A stretch of 64,000 bases of DNA from Peribolospora baueri. Its lineage: Eukaryota. The stretch is from the NCBI GenBank assembly GCA_029717555.1, contig JAMDHS010000045.1, positions 62,001-126,000 on the forward strand, given 5' to 3'. The position numbers were made by a program, and so were the translations under genes. The first letter of the stretch is position 1. Every line of letters begins with the position of its first letter. The notes under the pieces are model-generated. The model saw only the letters and a list, made by a program, of their open reading frames with translations, made no database searches and was not told where the DNA came from. Below, piece after piece: positions 1 to 12,106 of this stretch.

Positions 1-556
1 TGGAACGCTCGGCTGGAGAAAAAGTCAATGTCCGGTGTTGCGTCCGCCCGTCGACGTTGTTAACGTAGTACAAGAACGAGGAGGAGCGTCGTCGCTTCGC
101 TTCACGTCCCTTCCCATCGGCCACCAACCCGCCGGCCGCAGTCTCCGAATGCGCACCCCGCTGATCTCCCACGAGCCGTTTTCATTACCTGCACAGGGAA
201 CCAGAGAGATTTTGATACCGCCTGGATAGCATACATTTCAGAAGGGGAGAAAAGAAGAAAACGAGTCGGGGAAATAAAGACGACGGTGGAACACGCAGGA
301 ATCCGTAATTCGTCCGAAAACGGGGACAAAGGCAAATGGGAATAGAACACGGTTAACCGTGTGGAGCCGGCGGCGCGGGGGCGAGGGAGGGTAGGTCAGA
401 ACGGTCACAGAAGAGGAGGGCGATGAAATGCGGTGAGAGCGGCAGAGAAGGGTGCCTCCGCTGAAAGCGAACTATCAGCGGTTGAGACGCTAGGAAAGAG
501 TGAAAAAGAAAGAGAGGCTGAGGGAGAAGGACGTGAAGGTTACGTGCTCCGGGGCC

Positions 557-3500
557 TCAGTTACCCCTGCCTTGCAAGAACCTCGACGGCCGTCGGGGGG
601 AATCCCGCTGGGAGGCCATAGAGGGCGCAGGTGACAGGTTCGAGGGGGGGCTCCACTCCAAGCGGAGGTGTACCTGCCCGCTTCCGTGGCCGGAAAGTTC
701 AATCCAGACGTCGGTCTTGGTGACAGGGTGAGGAGCGAGCGGCATGACGTGCTGCCAGACGTTGACGTCCGCATCGCCAAGGTTCTATGATCGCGAGCAG
801 GCATGAGAAGAAGACGAAAAGACGAATTAGAACAACAAAAAGCGCGGTTGAGAGAGGTCGCGCAGAAAGGAGCGGGTACGTCTTCTTCTCTCTCTCACCT
901 TGTCGCTGCCGAACGTGTGATGATCGAAAACGCCAAGTTTGATGACGAGTGGCTCCCTGGCCGTCTTGATGGAGAACGTGTCGTTGAACTCTGGTGCGAC
1001 CGTCTTCTTGACCACCTTCGTCTTCGCCACTTCCTTCTTGCCGACGTGCGCCTCGATGTAGACGTCGTGTTCCTCCCCTCCGCCGACGTCCTTGGCGCCA
1101 AGGATGGTACACATGAGACTGCCCTCCGCACCCAGTGCCGACGCAGCGGTGGGGTCCATGGGGAGGGCCTTTTCGGTGCTGGACGCGCCGGCCGGCATGG
1201 CACTGTTGACAGAAGTGACGGGCTCGCCGCCGACGGCGGCGGAGGACACCTGCGTGGCCGACATGTTCTCCGGCACGTTTTCCAAGTGGGAGGACGAATG
1301 ATTGGACCTGATCCGACCAAAGACGCCTCCGACGCCGCGTCCCACCGTGCCGACGCCCTTGACCACGCCCTTGCCCGCACCGCCCACGAGACCGGCACCG
1401 GCACCCACGCTTTGTCCGACAAAACCGGCGCCAGCACCGATCCCCTGCGTGAACGTCCGACCGAGGCTGGTGCCTTTGCGAACGGAACGGACAAACTCTG
1501 GGCGGAAGACGTACCGCAGGCGCACCTCGCCGGCCTCCCTGTCCTTGTAAATCACCGTGGCCGTTTGCTCGAACGGCTCGAACGGTTCGAGCTCGGCCAG
1601 GCTGAGCTTGACATGACCGAGCTTGTCGGGCTGGCCCACCTGATCCCAGTCGAAGAGCTCGATCTCAAAGTCCGCTTTGACCCGGTTCGGCTGCGCGCGT
1701 TTGTTCGATGTCAGCGAGGACGTAAAGGAGGCCAAAAAAACCCACGAACAGACTCACCACATCGGTCTCAAAGTTCTCGTTCCAAGTCGGGTTGAGAGTC
1801 TTCTTGACCACCTGCGATTTGAAGACCTTGCGACCGTTGAGGACGAAGACGGCGTACGGGTCAGACTTGCCCGACCGGTCGGCAGCGCGGAGGCCCTTGG
1901 CGTCGAGGAGATCGACGCGAAGGATGCCCTGGTTGTTGACGCTCTCGATGGGCTCGATGTAGACTTCGCAAGGGATGTACTTGCACGCAATGGTCACCGT
2001 ACTGGCGTTCGTCCCCGTGTCGGAGGCAAGCTTAAACTCGGTCGGGCCATCGAGGGCGCGCTCGAGGAATTGCTTGGTGTCGCCCATGAACTGGGCGAAC
2101 ACGTCGTCCGATTCGCCCGGTTGACCGGTGTTCAAACGCAGGAAGACGCGCGAAAACTCGAGCTCGCGCACCACCGCCTCGCCCACCTCGTCCCACGTGC
2201 AGTTGTGGCCCCTGCCCTTCTCGGTCGAATAGGCAGGCCAGTAGCCGTCGTCGAAGAGCACCTCGAGACGGGCGTTCTTGTGCGCGATGATGCCGGAGAG
2301 GACGTTGAAGACGATGATGCCCGACTGTTGCTTGAGCAGTTCTTCCTTGCTCATCAAAACTCCGTGAGAGCTGTCTGCGGCGGCGCTAGTGCTCTCGGCG
2401 GCCGTCTTGGCACTATCGATCGTGTCCATCGACTTGGACTTTTCCGGCTTGGGGCGGTCGGGCCCGGCCTTCTCCTTGACCTCGCCATCGACGCTCGTCT
2501 GGACGGTGGGCTGACTCGTACGACCGTTCGCCTTGGCCTTCTCCTCGTCGCTCCCGTCGGAGGGGCTGCTGTGGTTTCCGTTCTGGTCAACGTCCTCGCC
2601 GGCGCCGCCGTCGTCCACCTTCTCCATCTTGGCCTCGGACTCGTTCGTGTCCTGGTCGAACGAGACGTCCTTGAGAGCGACGGCGGGGAGGAACTGGCAG
2701 CCGTACACGAGTTCGCCCTTGTAACCGGCCTTGCCGAGGCTGATCTTGACGCGTTTCTCCTGCTTGCCCGTAGACTCGAACGGCACGCGCACGTCGCCTT
2801 CCTGGCGGGCGAGGTCGCTAACGTGTTCTTCGACGGTGCCGAGGGAGCGGTCCTTGGTGAGGTTCTGGAAGTCCATCACCTCGAGAGTGATCGACTCCTT
2901 GAGCGAGTGAACGGGGCAGTAGATGATCTCATCCCATTCCGGGTTCAAGTCTGAGAGAGCGATGACGGACGGACGGACGGGAGCGAAGCCGTAAGGGCAT
3001 ATGCCTAAGGAGACGATGAAGGAACGTCACCGTCGAACTCACTGTTGTTCTGAATCGTCGTACGGTCGATGGTCTGGCCGCCGAGCTTCACCTGTACGTA
3101 AGGATCACTCTGAGGTAGAGAAGGAAAAGGATCAGCGTCGAGCCACCACCGCCAGCTCTCACATCAACTCACCTTGCCGCCCGTCATGGCCTCGACGTTC
3201 TTGACGTCGACAGCCCTCTTTATCCAAAACTTGACGACGCCGATGGCAGGCGTGTAAGCGGACGAGCTGTTGATGGAGCCGGACATGAGGACAGGTTTCC
3301 ACTCTGCGCTCATGCGCACACGACCCTCCTTGCTGCCGCTGAGGGGGAACCAGTCATGTTGCTTTTCCTTGGCCTTGAGCAGGTCGTCGAGTCCGATGGA
3401 GACGTAGCCGATCACGGGGTCCTTGGCGAGGTCTCGGTCGTCGTACAATTCGATTCCAATCACGGCCTTCTGGCGGTCCGTGACCAAGAACTCGGTGTTG

Positions 3501-5584
3501 GATTCAAAGACGGGGTTGTTCGTGCGCTTCATCATCTTCGTCTTATGCACCTGTTTGCCGCGCAGAAGAACCTTTGCGTACGGGTTGAGCTCGCCGACAA
3601 AGCCCTGGCGCTTGTCGAGGTCCTTGGCCTGGTGCACGACGAGACGACAAATGCCGGTCTTGGTCTCCGGCAACGGTTCCTCCGTGCCGTCTTCGAGCTT
3701 CTTTGGGAGGAGGACGGGGTAATAGGACATGGAATAAAAGAGATCGCCTCGCTCCTTGCCTTCATGCAACACCTGGCTCTCGACCATGTCCTGCTCCGGC
3801 TCCTCCTCGAGCTTCTTGAGCTCGAAGCTGGCTTCGCCAAGGCGCGTGTCGGGACGGTGGTCGTTGTGATCCTTAACGGAGAGGACGAGCATATCGTTGA
3901 GATTGTCGAGCAGCACGAACTTGGTCTCCTTCCATTGCGGGTTATTACTATACGAGAGGGAGAGACGAGGGGAGGCAAAGCGGGGAGGGCGATATCGGGA
4001 GAGGATGAGCGAGCGTTCGTTCGTGGGAAACGATGATGGGGGACCGTGCCCGTGCCCATGCCCGAGATCCATAAACGAGCGGAAACGGACTCACGTGCTC
4101 CGCTTAGTCTTGGTGACGCCGAGAGAGGCCCTGTTGTTGACCGAGATATCGACGTAAGGATCTGGGGAGCCGCCGCCAAACTTCTGACCCTTGAGATCCT
4201 GGGCGTGGTGGATGGTGATCTTCAAGACGCCGCAGGCGGTGTCGAGGGGCGTGCCGGCGAGGAGCTGTTCGAGGTCGAGGGTGAAGACGTTGGGGTCGTA
4301 CATCATTGGGCCCAAGTTGGCGTGGACCTGTTCGCGAATGAAGGCGCTGAGGCCGGGAACGTTGGCGATGTCTAAGCCAAACGTCTCTCCTCCGACGGGC
4401 TTGAGAACATAGTCGAAGAGGGGCTTCTCCATGAACGAGACGTCGACGGTCTGGACGTGCGGAAAGTTGGTCATGAGCTTGAGCTTGATGCGGATGAGGC
4501 CGACGAAGCTCATGTCTTCGACGAGGATGGGCATGCCGGCGCCGACCATGCCACGGCCGACGCGGATGGTGAGGACGACCTTGGGGTTGATCTTCTTGTC
4601 GGCATCGCGCTGGGTCATGTCGGCGATGTCGTTGGGCGTGAAGGAAAACTTCCAGTCCATCTGGACGATGTCGTCCTCGGTTTTGGGGAACGTACGCACG
4701 TGCTCGATCCTGGGCGCCTTGTTTCCGAGAGTGAAAGTGGAGAGCCGGATGGAGTCGAGGAAGGCTGGCGTGGAGGTAGCGAGGACCTGGTCGACGGAGG
4801 CGATGACGGTAGCGGAGAGGACGGGCTCGTAGATGGGCCAGAAGCGGTTCATAAAGTTGTTGATCCAGTCCGCCGTCTCGGACTCGGTCTCGAGGCTCCG
4901 CTTGGTGAGTTCTCTGCGAATGTCGTCGCGGGCACGCTGTCGCACCCTGCGCAAGGAGGTGTTGTAGTACGTCGAGCACGTGGCGAGGATGACGAGGAGC
5001 CAGCCCCAACCTCCGCCGAAGCGGGTGACAAAGTGGGAGGCGATGACGGCAAAGAAGATGACCGCCGCGTTATACCACCAGTAGCCGTAGTAGCTGTCGG
5101 AGATGAACTCGGAGAGCAGGTAATGCTGCCTGACGGTCTCCTCGGTGGCATCTTTGGGAAGGCCGTCGCGCGCGATGCCGGTCCAGCCCACGCGATACCA
5201 GTCGGGAAGGGCGGGAGCGCCGGCGGTGGGCATCGCCCCAGGCGGGCCGGCCTCGCCGGTCTGTCCCTCTTTCCTGCTCGTGACTGTCACCTCATCGAGG
5301 CCGACGGTGGTGGGTACGTCCTTGCCGCCGATGTCCGTGGCGACCTCCTTTTCCTTGGGGCCCTTGTCCTCGTCCTTCTTTCTCTTGACCGGCGCGAGCT
5401 TTCCGGCATCCTTCATGGCCAACGCGGCCTTCTCCTGCGGACTCATGTGCTCGTCAAACTCGACGATGCGCGCGCCCTTTTCCTGCTCCTTGGCCAGCTC
5501 CCGGCTGAGCTCGCCCTTGACCTGAGCATGGGGGTCGCCGTTGGGGGAGGGGGCAGCGTGGTCCTTGCTCTTGATGTCGGCCAT
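557..5584 (-). CDS. Tricalbin / extended-synaptotagmin (TM + SMP + multiple C2 domains), ER-plasma membrane tether
   Basis: Six exons with GT-AG junctions: 5584-4095, 3947-3173, 3109-3043, 2950-1758, 1690-899, 784-557. TM hairpin (YWWYNAAVIFFAV...GWGWLLVIL), SMP domain (ETADWINNFMNRFWPIYEP...FTLGNKAPRIEHV), C2 motifs (GSPDPYV, GKSDPYV, AADRSGKSDPYAVF). Last exon and stop are less certain. Confidence 0.93.
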
Positions 5585-7591
5585 CGTCGATCGACCGGCG
5601 GATGCGACGGCAGTGGGTGACTAGCGCAGCAGCTCCGTGCGGACGGTGGGGGCGGGGAGAGATGGGAGCGTAGAGGCTAGACGCACGCCGTCGCTGATCG
5701 TTGTCGTCGTCGCTGTTGCTGTCGCTGTCGTCGCTGTCGCCGTCGTCAAATTCCCTGACGCCGCCGTCGCTGGCGATCGTGTATCGGGACGGATGGGGGG
5801 ATCGATTGTGGGCGGGCGACGACGGCGAAGATGGGGAGGCGAAGGAGAAAAGGGAAGAGAGCGGAGATGGGGGGGTGGAGACGGGATTGGGGGTCGGAAG
5901 TCGGGAGTCGGGGGATGGAGAAGGGGTTATGATGGAAGGGAGCGGGGGCCAGGAGGAGGATCGGATCGGTGGGCGGGAGGATCAGTCAAGTCAGGATGGG
6001 TCGACCTAAGGAGGCATGACGCGCGCAGTGATGTGATCGGGCCCGGCGCGCTAAGGCAGCTTCAGCGACAGCGACGGAAGGCTAATAATGTAAAAGCGCT
6101 TCTAGCCGGGCCACGCTCAGCTCCGTCGACGTCAGCGACCGGCCTTCTTCGCCCGGCTCCAACAATTCATCCATCATCCGTCCATCCCGCCCTCGTCCAC
6201 CGCACAGCCCCTCCCTGGCGCGGGCAAGGCCAACGCAAGCAAGCAAGCGGGCAGCAAGCAGCCGTCCGCCTAGGCCCAGGGAAGGAGGAAGGAATACAGA
6301 CGGACTGCTCCTCACGAACTAATCGCGCACTAGACGCCCCGCTCGGGATCATCCTTCATCGGAGGCACGTCGAAAGCCAGCAGCAGCAGCAGGACCAGCT
6401 CTGATACAGCCGGTGAGAGCCGACTTTGTGTCTCTCCCGGTATACACTACGCAGCCACCGTTCTTAACGAACGAACGACCGAACGAACGATCGGCGACCG
6501 CCGGACGGCCAAGCAAATCCCCACAGTGTCGCCCTCTGAGCACGACCCGGCTCGCTCTACACAGAATACGTAGGACACTCGAGTGATCCGTAGTACACCA
6601 GACCAGATCAGATTTGACTTGGATGAAATGAGATGAGCGCTCGTTCCATGCTACGCAACCAACCTCGGAGAACGTTCGCCTGAACGACGCCCGCAGCTGC
6701 CCCCTCCCCCTTCGATCGGGGACAAGAACCCAGACGAGACGGACACGAGACGACGTGCGGCATGAGAGAGGACGAATGACATCGAGTATATGCCGAGGCG
6801 AGGACGACAATGACAGCATATCACGACGCTCTCCTCGTCCCGACATGTATGTATGTATACACGCGCACGGCGACGCGCATGCGCACACTCCTGTCATCCA
6901 ACACCACATATGTATGTATGTACGTATCTTTATTTATCGCTTCAGCCGCGGGCGGCCAAGCAGCACCGCACCCTTTCCGACTCGCCCGTCCTCGCTCATC
7001 CTCAACGCCAAACGAAACGAAACGAAACGAAGAGACGGCTCGCTGCAGCTCTCAGGACAGCCTCCGGCACCCGATCCTTTCTACCCAGCTTTGTCATTTG
7101 GATGAGGACAGACAGACAGACAAGACAGACAGACAGACAGACGGGGGGACAATCAAGAGAGCGTCGACGCAGGCCAACTCTCTCGACGCTCAATCGCTGC
7201 CGATGCGGCGGCCGGCGATCCACACCCACACCCACACCTCCGTCAGTCGCTTGTATCACTCGCATCTCCTCAGCTCCTCTCATTCCGCGGCTCCGCTGCC
7301 ACTCTCCCACTGCACCCCTGTCCACACGTCATTCGAGTTGAGCCGAGGAGCATGGGATTTTGAGGAGAATGCTTTCGTGCGTTAAGTACACATGGACGCT
7401 CCGGAGAGGCTCGGGCCCAAAGAGGAGACGATGGAGGAAGGATGGCATAGCGGCATGCGTTGCGCCCTTGGACCCGGCCAATGACTGCAGCAGCGACCAA
7501 AGCGTATGACAGCTGCTGCTTGACCGAGTACGAGTGCGGCAAAAGTCCGGAAACAAGGAAGAAAAGACTCCTGGCAACGAAACGCCATCGC

Positions 7592-8300
7592 TTACTGGGC
7601 GGCCTCGACCTTCTTGGTGGCAGTGCCGGACCTGCAAGATGATACCCGCAGAAGCCATCGTTCGAACATGTCAGTCATCGACGCCTTCCAAACCGCCACC
7701 CCCAACCATAAATATTTCTGCAAACGCCTTCAGATGCCCGTAAAAGGAGACTGCCTCGACTTCAGTCCACGTCGCCAACGCACCTGAAGCCATTCTTGAA
7801 CCTCCGCGAGACGTCGCCGAGATAGCGCATGCGGCCGGTGCCCGTCGTCTTTCTCCTCTTAGCCTTCTGGCCCCAGTTGTCTGCAGATATAGTATGCGTG
7901 CAGAAGGGCCAAATGAGAAGGATGGTGAGGACAAATGGAGATGAAAATTGCCTCGATCAGTATCTTTCCACCGTCGCCCACCTAGCACTGAATGCGACCC
8001 CAACACTCTCGAAGCCTCTATACAGCCAGCAACCCTGACGCGACACTCACAGGAGCGGATCTTGGCAGCAGGGTAGCCGCACGAGGCGCATCGCTTGTGC
8101 TGCTTGTGGAAAGAGCGCGAGTTGCAGCGGCGGCACAGGGTGTGCGTCTTGGTGCTGAAGGTGGGAGACGATGACGATAGGGTAGAGAAGGGCCGGGGAT
8201 TCAGAACGATGTCCTTCGTGCATGTCGAATCACCGCGTCCGCCACGACATGCTCGCGATACTCACTGGCGCTTACCGAAGCTGGTGGTACCCTTCGTCAT
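7592..8300 (-). CDS. RPL37: 60S ribosomal protein L37 (eL37)
   Basis: Four exons splice to [91 protein letters not shown], with the CxxC...CxxC zinc ribbon. Absent from the ORF track because the exons are short. Confidence 0.97.
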
Positions 8301-8463
8301 GGCGTCGGCGTCGTCGTCTTGAGGATATCGATGGCGACCAGATGGTGTAAACTCCTCGACCTTCCTCTCCTCGCTACTCCCCGCCCGCTCGTCCCGTGCC
8401 CGCCGCAGTCGCTCTTCGGCTCACGGTAGGGGCATCGCCCGAATGGCCTTATACAGCTGCTGC

Positions 8464-8513
8464 AACCCTAACCCTACGTGGTGACCAGATCGGTCTTGAC
8501 CACCTTAGGGTTA
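8464..8513. promoter_or_regulatory. Inverted telo-box (AACCCTA / TAGGGTT) pair in the RPL37-RPL30 bidirectional promoter
   Basis: AACCCTAACCCTA at 8464-8476 and TTAGGGTTA at 8505-8513 flank an imperfect palindrome inside the 325-bp head-to-head gap. Confidence 0.6.
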
Positions 8514-8625
8514 CATGTTCCTCGTCCCATTGCTCGGCAATCGTGAAAGGCGAACATCGCTTCGAAGCCATCAATCCCGTCAACCCAGCCCAACCCTTTG
8601 CGCCGCCTGTCCTACAGCGTTAAAA

Positions 8626-9306
8626 ATGGCGCCCCAGAAGAGCAAGAAGTCCGCCCAGGAGAACATCAACTCCAAGCTCCAGGTGAGATTGGTTCTCCGT
8701 TTCCAAGTCAAGCTTTGGCGGAGGGGGCGTCGTTGACCTCGATCTTCCTTTCTTCTTCTCGCCCGCGTTTCGTCGTCGCAGCTCGTCATGAAGTCGGGCA
8801 AGGTGTCCCTTGGCTTGAAGAGCGCTCTTAAGACGATGAGGAGCGGCAAGGGTGAGCGAGAGGAGCTGACACGCTCTTCCGCCGTGCCGATACTCATTGT
8901 GCCATGCCTTGTCATTTCACCTTCACCTCTCTGCCACGCCCGCGCCGTTCGTTTCTACATCTGTCCCGATGGCTTTTTCGCTCTTCCAGCCAAGCTCGTC
9001 CTCATCTCTGCCAACACTCCCCCGCTCCGCAAGTCGGAGCTCGAGTACTACGCCATGCTCTCCAAGACCAACGTCCACCACTACCAGGGCTCCAACGTTG
9101 CTCTCGGCACGGCCGCTGGAAAGCTCTTCCGGGTCGGCGTCATGACCATCCTCGAGGTAAGTCTTCGTTTTGCTGCACCGCAGTGCCCATGCCTGTGACG
9201 TGTGTCTAATCGCAGCAGCACCGATCGACCGAGTCTCACTCCTGATCCCTACCCTATTTTATGATCATTTTAGGCTGGTGACTCTGACATCCTCACCTCC
9301 GTCTAA
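8626..9306 (+). CDS. RPL30: 60S ribosomal protein L30 (eL30)
   Basis: Four exons: [108 protein letters not shown]. Canonical splice sites. Confidence 0.97.
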
Positions 9307-9665
9307 AAATGTTCGGCTTGGCCCAACTGTGGATCGGCGAGTCGGCGCGAGGAGCGATGGTGTGGCTGCCTGTACACTACCTCGAGTACTAGGCATGGGG
9401 ACTAGTACTCCTCTATCTGACCCCATTCCCCATGCATGCCCTTTACGCAATATGCACACTGTCCGGGTTTTGTCGTTCGACAGCTCCTACATGCCAGTGC
9501 TTGATTCGATGATCAGCCGCTGCCTTTGGAAGCCAGTCCGTCCCAGAGGCGCTTGCCATTGCTTTCGCGGGCGATTTTGTCAGGACGCCATTGACCTATG
9601 TTAACTAGAGCTAGATGACGAGGTGCGCTGGACACCGGACAGGGTAGCCATTGAACTTTTGCTCC

Positions 9666-9958
9666 GGCGGGGGTTATGTGAGTTTGAATACCCACAGAGG
9701 TGAATGAGTTCTTTGTGCGAGTGCTTCGCGCCATGATCGAGTGATTGAAAGACCGGGGTCGAGTAGCGCGCCCATGCGCGTGCTTGTCCTCCTCACTCGA
9801 TGCCGCTGCACTGTCCCACCGAAGTAGATCTACGCTTCCATAACCCTCGCCTTGCTCTCTAGCCTTGTACGAGACAAGCACAAGACTTATCTGGCGAGGG
9901 AGACGGTACGAAAGTGACCGTGAGGCGAACTGGTAAATATCTTTTGGTCGTCCCTTGC
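9666..9958 (+). ncRNA. Candidate structured RNA element, family not recognised
   Basis: Nested stems found by eye: 9666-9678/9839-9851 (13 bp, one G-U), 9693-9700/9710-9717, 9720-9724/9808-9812, 9736-9744/9793-9801 (perfect 9 bp), 9755-9771/9776-9791, plus a second domain 9894-9901/9951-9958 with a GAAA tetraloop hairpin at 9903-9921. No evidence of transcription. Confidence 0.3.
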
Positions 9959-10401
9959 GCGTCTATCCTTCCCTTTCTCTGTTATCCGCCGCTGAAATGC
10001 CGCCAGTGCCGAATCCCCTCTTAGAGGCATATGTGGCACGCCTCCCCAAGGTGAGGACGGCTTCGGGGTGGTGGGAGAGCTGCGGGTGTCTGGAGAGAGA
10101 AGGGAAGAGAGGGACTGTGGGGACGGCGATCGATCGCCCGAGTGAGCTTGCCCCACTTTATCATTGCGAAGTGTAGACGCTAGAAAGAGAGTCAGATGAG
10201 CAGATACGAGTGAGATCTGCAGTCGTAGGCTGACGGCCTCCAATGGAGATGCGAATGCGCGTTAGGAATGCGAGGATAGGCGACGGTATAATAATACAGT
10301 GCTCGATACGCGGCGAAGCTGTCTCAAGCGGTGGCAGAACAAAGAGAGGGGAGAAATGCGGGGGAGGCGAGGGATAAGGGCGGCCGTTTGATTGACGCTT
10401 G

Positions 10402-10769
10402 TCATACTCGCTTTCCCAGTCGCGCCAGGTGATAATTAATTGTCGGCCTGCCCTTCTTCCCGGCCGCTCGCTAAAGGCGGTACGTCCGATAGAACCCAAA
10501 AGAGGAGAGGAAACGATACAACGTAAGCTATCACCTTCGCCCACCAACAAATTGATAGCGATGTCTTCCTCAGGACGATGAAACTGGACGAAGATACTGA
10601 CCGAGTTTTGCATACACTCTTTCAAAGAGCGCGCGCTCTCAGCGCAAGGCCCGACGGAGTTGAGATCGTTCGAAGAGGCCCAGCAGGCGAGCATGGTGGC
10701 GAGCTCGGCCGCGCATGGACCGATGTGGGCGTCCTTGCGCGGTCGTACCTTTAGCTTGTCGATCTTCAT
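10402..10769 (-). CDS. MRP10: Mitochondrial small-subunit ribosomal protein mS37 (Mrp10, twin CX9C/CHCH)
   Basis: Two exons (10769-10602, 10470-10402): MKIDKLKVRPRK...PCAAELATMLACWAS...PCAESARSLKECM...|RAAGKKGRPTINYHLARLGKRV*. Twin CX9C and C-terminal INYHLARL. Confidence 0.88.
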
Positions 10770-10858
10770 CTTTGACGCTGTTCGAGGTGTTCTTGTTGGC
10801 GAGAAGGGGGAATGCCGGCAATAGAGAGAGATTAAGAAGAGACAAGCGGTGATCATAA

Positions 10859-10870
10859 TAGGGTTAGGGT
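10859..10870. promoter_or_regulatory. Tandem telo-box in the MRP10/Sec61-beta divergent promoter
   Basis: TAGGGTTAGGGT within the 222-bp head-to-head gap; same motif as in the RPL37/RPL30 promoter. Confidence 0.45.
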
Positions 10871-10991
10871 CGGAAATGCGAAGAACCGGCTCACGTGGCA
10901 ACCGTCGCAGGACCCCGCGCCGAGTTAGGAGCGGTGCGCTGGCTCGGTTCTTCTCAGCATCATCCAAACGAAAGAGCGCTATTCCTCCAAA

Positions 10992-11775
10992 ATGGTGAGC
11001 GAATGATACTTTCTAATGAGACATTTCCTGCTCTGAGAGCATGAGCAGGGCTAGTACTGTACAGAGAAGCGATTTCAGCCGACGTTTAGCGTAACTGATG
11101 AACGTACCCTTTCGCTTTATCGTCCAGGCTGACGCACCACCGCGCGCCGCTTCGCCCAATCTCGCTGCCCTCGCAGCTCGTCCTTCCGGCACCGTTCGGT
11201 GAGTCATGATTGCCTGATTGGTGCTTCTTCTCTGGTTTTGCAGGGAGGTGCCAGAGCTGGCTGTGCCAGTATTGGCGATGGAGGTGGAAGTTGAAGTCAT
11301 CGGCTCTGTCCGTCTGCTGCTCTGATTGTCCGATGGGATGCTCTCTATAGGCTCTACCTTTCCCACAACAGTCCGCTGACGCTGACCAATTTCGTTTACA
11401 ATTGCGTTCACCCTTCCGATTGAACTCACGAAACTTCAGCCGTCGCGCCGCCGCAGCGAACAAGGACCGTCCCAACAGCACTCGTGCTGCCGGTGCCGGT
11501 GGTAGCTCCAACACCATGATGCGGCTGTACACCGACGACAACCAGGGCCTGCGAGTGTGAGTGCCGAGTGGTGCTAATGTCTTTGATTGGGGCGTCATGC
11601 GACAGTCAGATCTGGGTTCTTACCGAGTCTCGTTTCGTCGCTTCTTCACCGCCGTCCCTGGATTGGACTGGCCGACAGCGATCCCGTCGTCGTGCTCGTC
11701 CTTGCTTTGGCCTTCGTTTTCAGCGTCGTCTCCCTGCACATCATTGGCAAGCTCGCTCGGGCCTTCGCCAAGTAA
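10992..11775 (+). CDS. SBH1: Sec61 translocon beta subunit
   Basis: ATG-only first coding exon (10992-10994, then GTGAGC), followed by exons giving MADAPPRAASPNLAALAARPSGTVRRRAAAANKDRPNSTRAAGAGGSSNTMMRLYTDDNQGLRVDPVVVLVLALAFVFSVVSLHIIGKLARAFAK*. RLYTD...GLRVDP plus tail anchor is diagnostic. Confidence 0.93.
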
Positions 11776-12106
11776 GGCGCCATCCCTCCAAGCGTGCTTC
11801 CCGTGGCCAGGCGCTTCACTATTTTGGGACGTTGGCTTTATTCTCTTTCCTTTCGACTGAGGAGCTCCTTGTACATCTACATGCGGTATTTCCCTAGTTC
11901 AGCGCTCCCAACAAGATATAACCCTGGTTCAGAATGGACCGATGTGATGAGAGTAGGAGCGAAGAAATCCCAGTCACACGTGTCCGGCACGGGCGAGTGC
12001 GGTCCGGTCCGAGTGATCGACAGGCCGCCGTGAATGATCACTTGACGTCGACTCCTAAAACCGGCTACTCCACCCGCCCTCGAACAAAATTACCTTGGTT
12101 GCCGTC

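Noticed and set aside
803..5620. Long + strand ORFs (803-1795, 1677-2954, 3356-4036, 4457-5620)
   Set aside because: Antisense shadows of tricalbin exons, as expected from GC-rich codon usage; no domain content.
8464..8476. AACCCTAACCCTA as a telomerase RNA template or interstitial telomere
   Set aside because: Only about two units in a short ribosomal protein promoter; a factor-binding site is the simpler reading.
9885..9900. ACTTATCTGGC resembling the U1 snRNA 5' end (ACTTACCTGGC)
   Set aside because: Mismatch in the splice-site pairing core, and no U1-70K loop, U1A loop or Sm site downstream.
11060..11075. TACAGAGAAG resembling the U6 ACAGAGA box
   Set aside because: No flanking U6 sequence; lies inside Sec61-beta intron 1.
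11199..11243. Possible alternative acceptor (TTTGCAG) 45 nt into Sec61-beta intron 2
   Set aside because: Leads to a premature stop with no good downstream donor; indistinguishable from chance.
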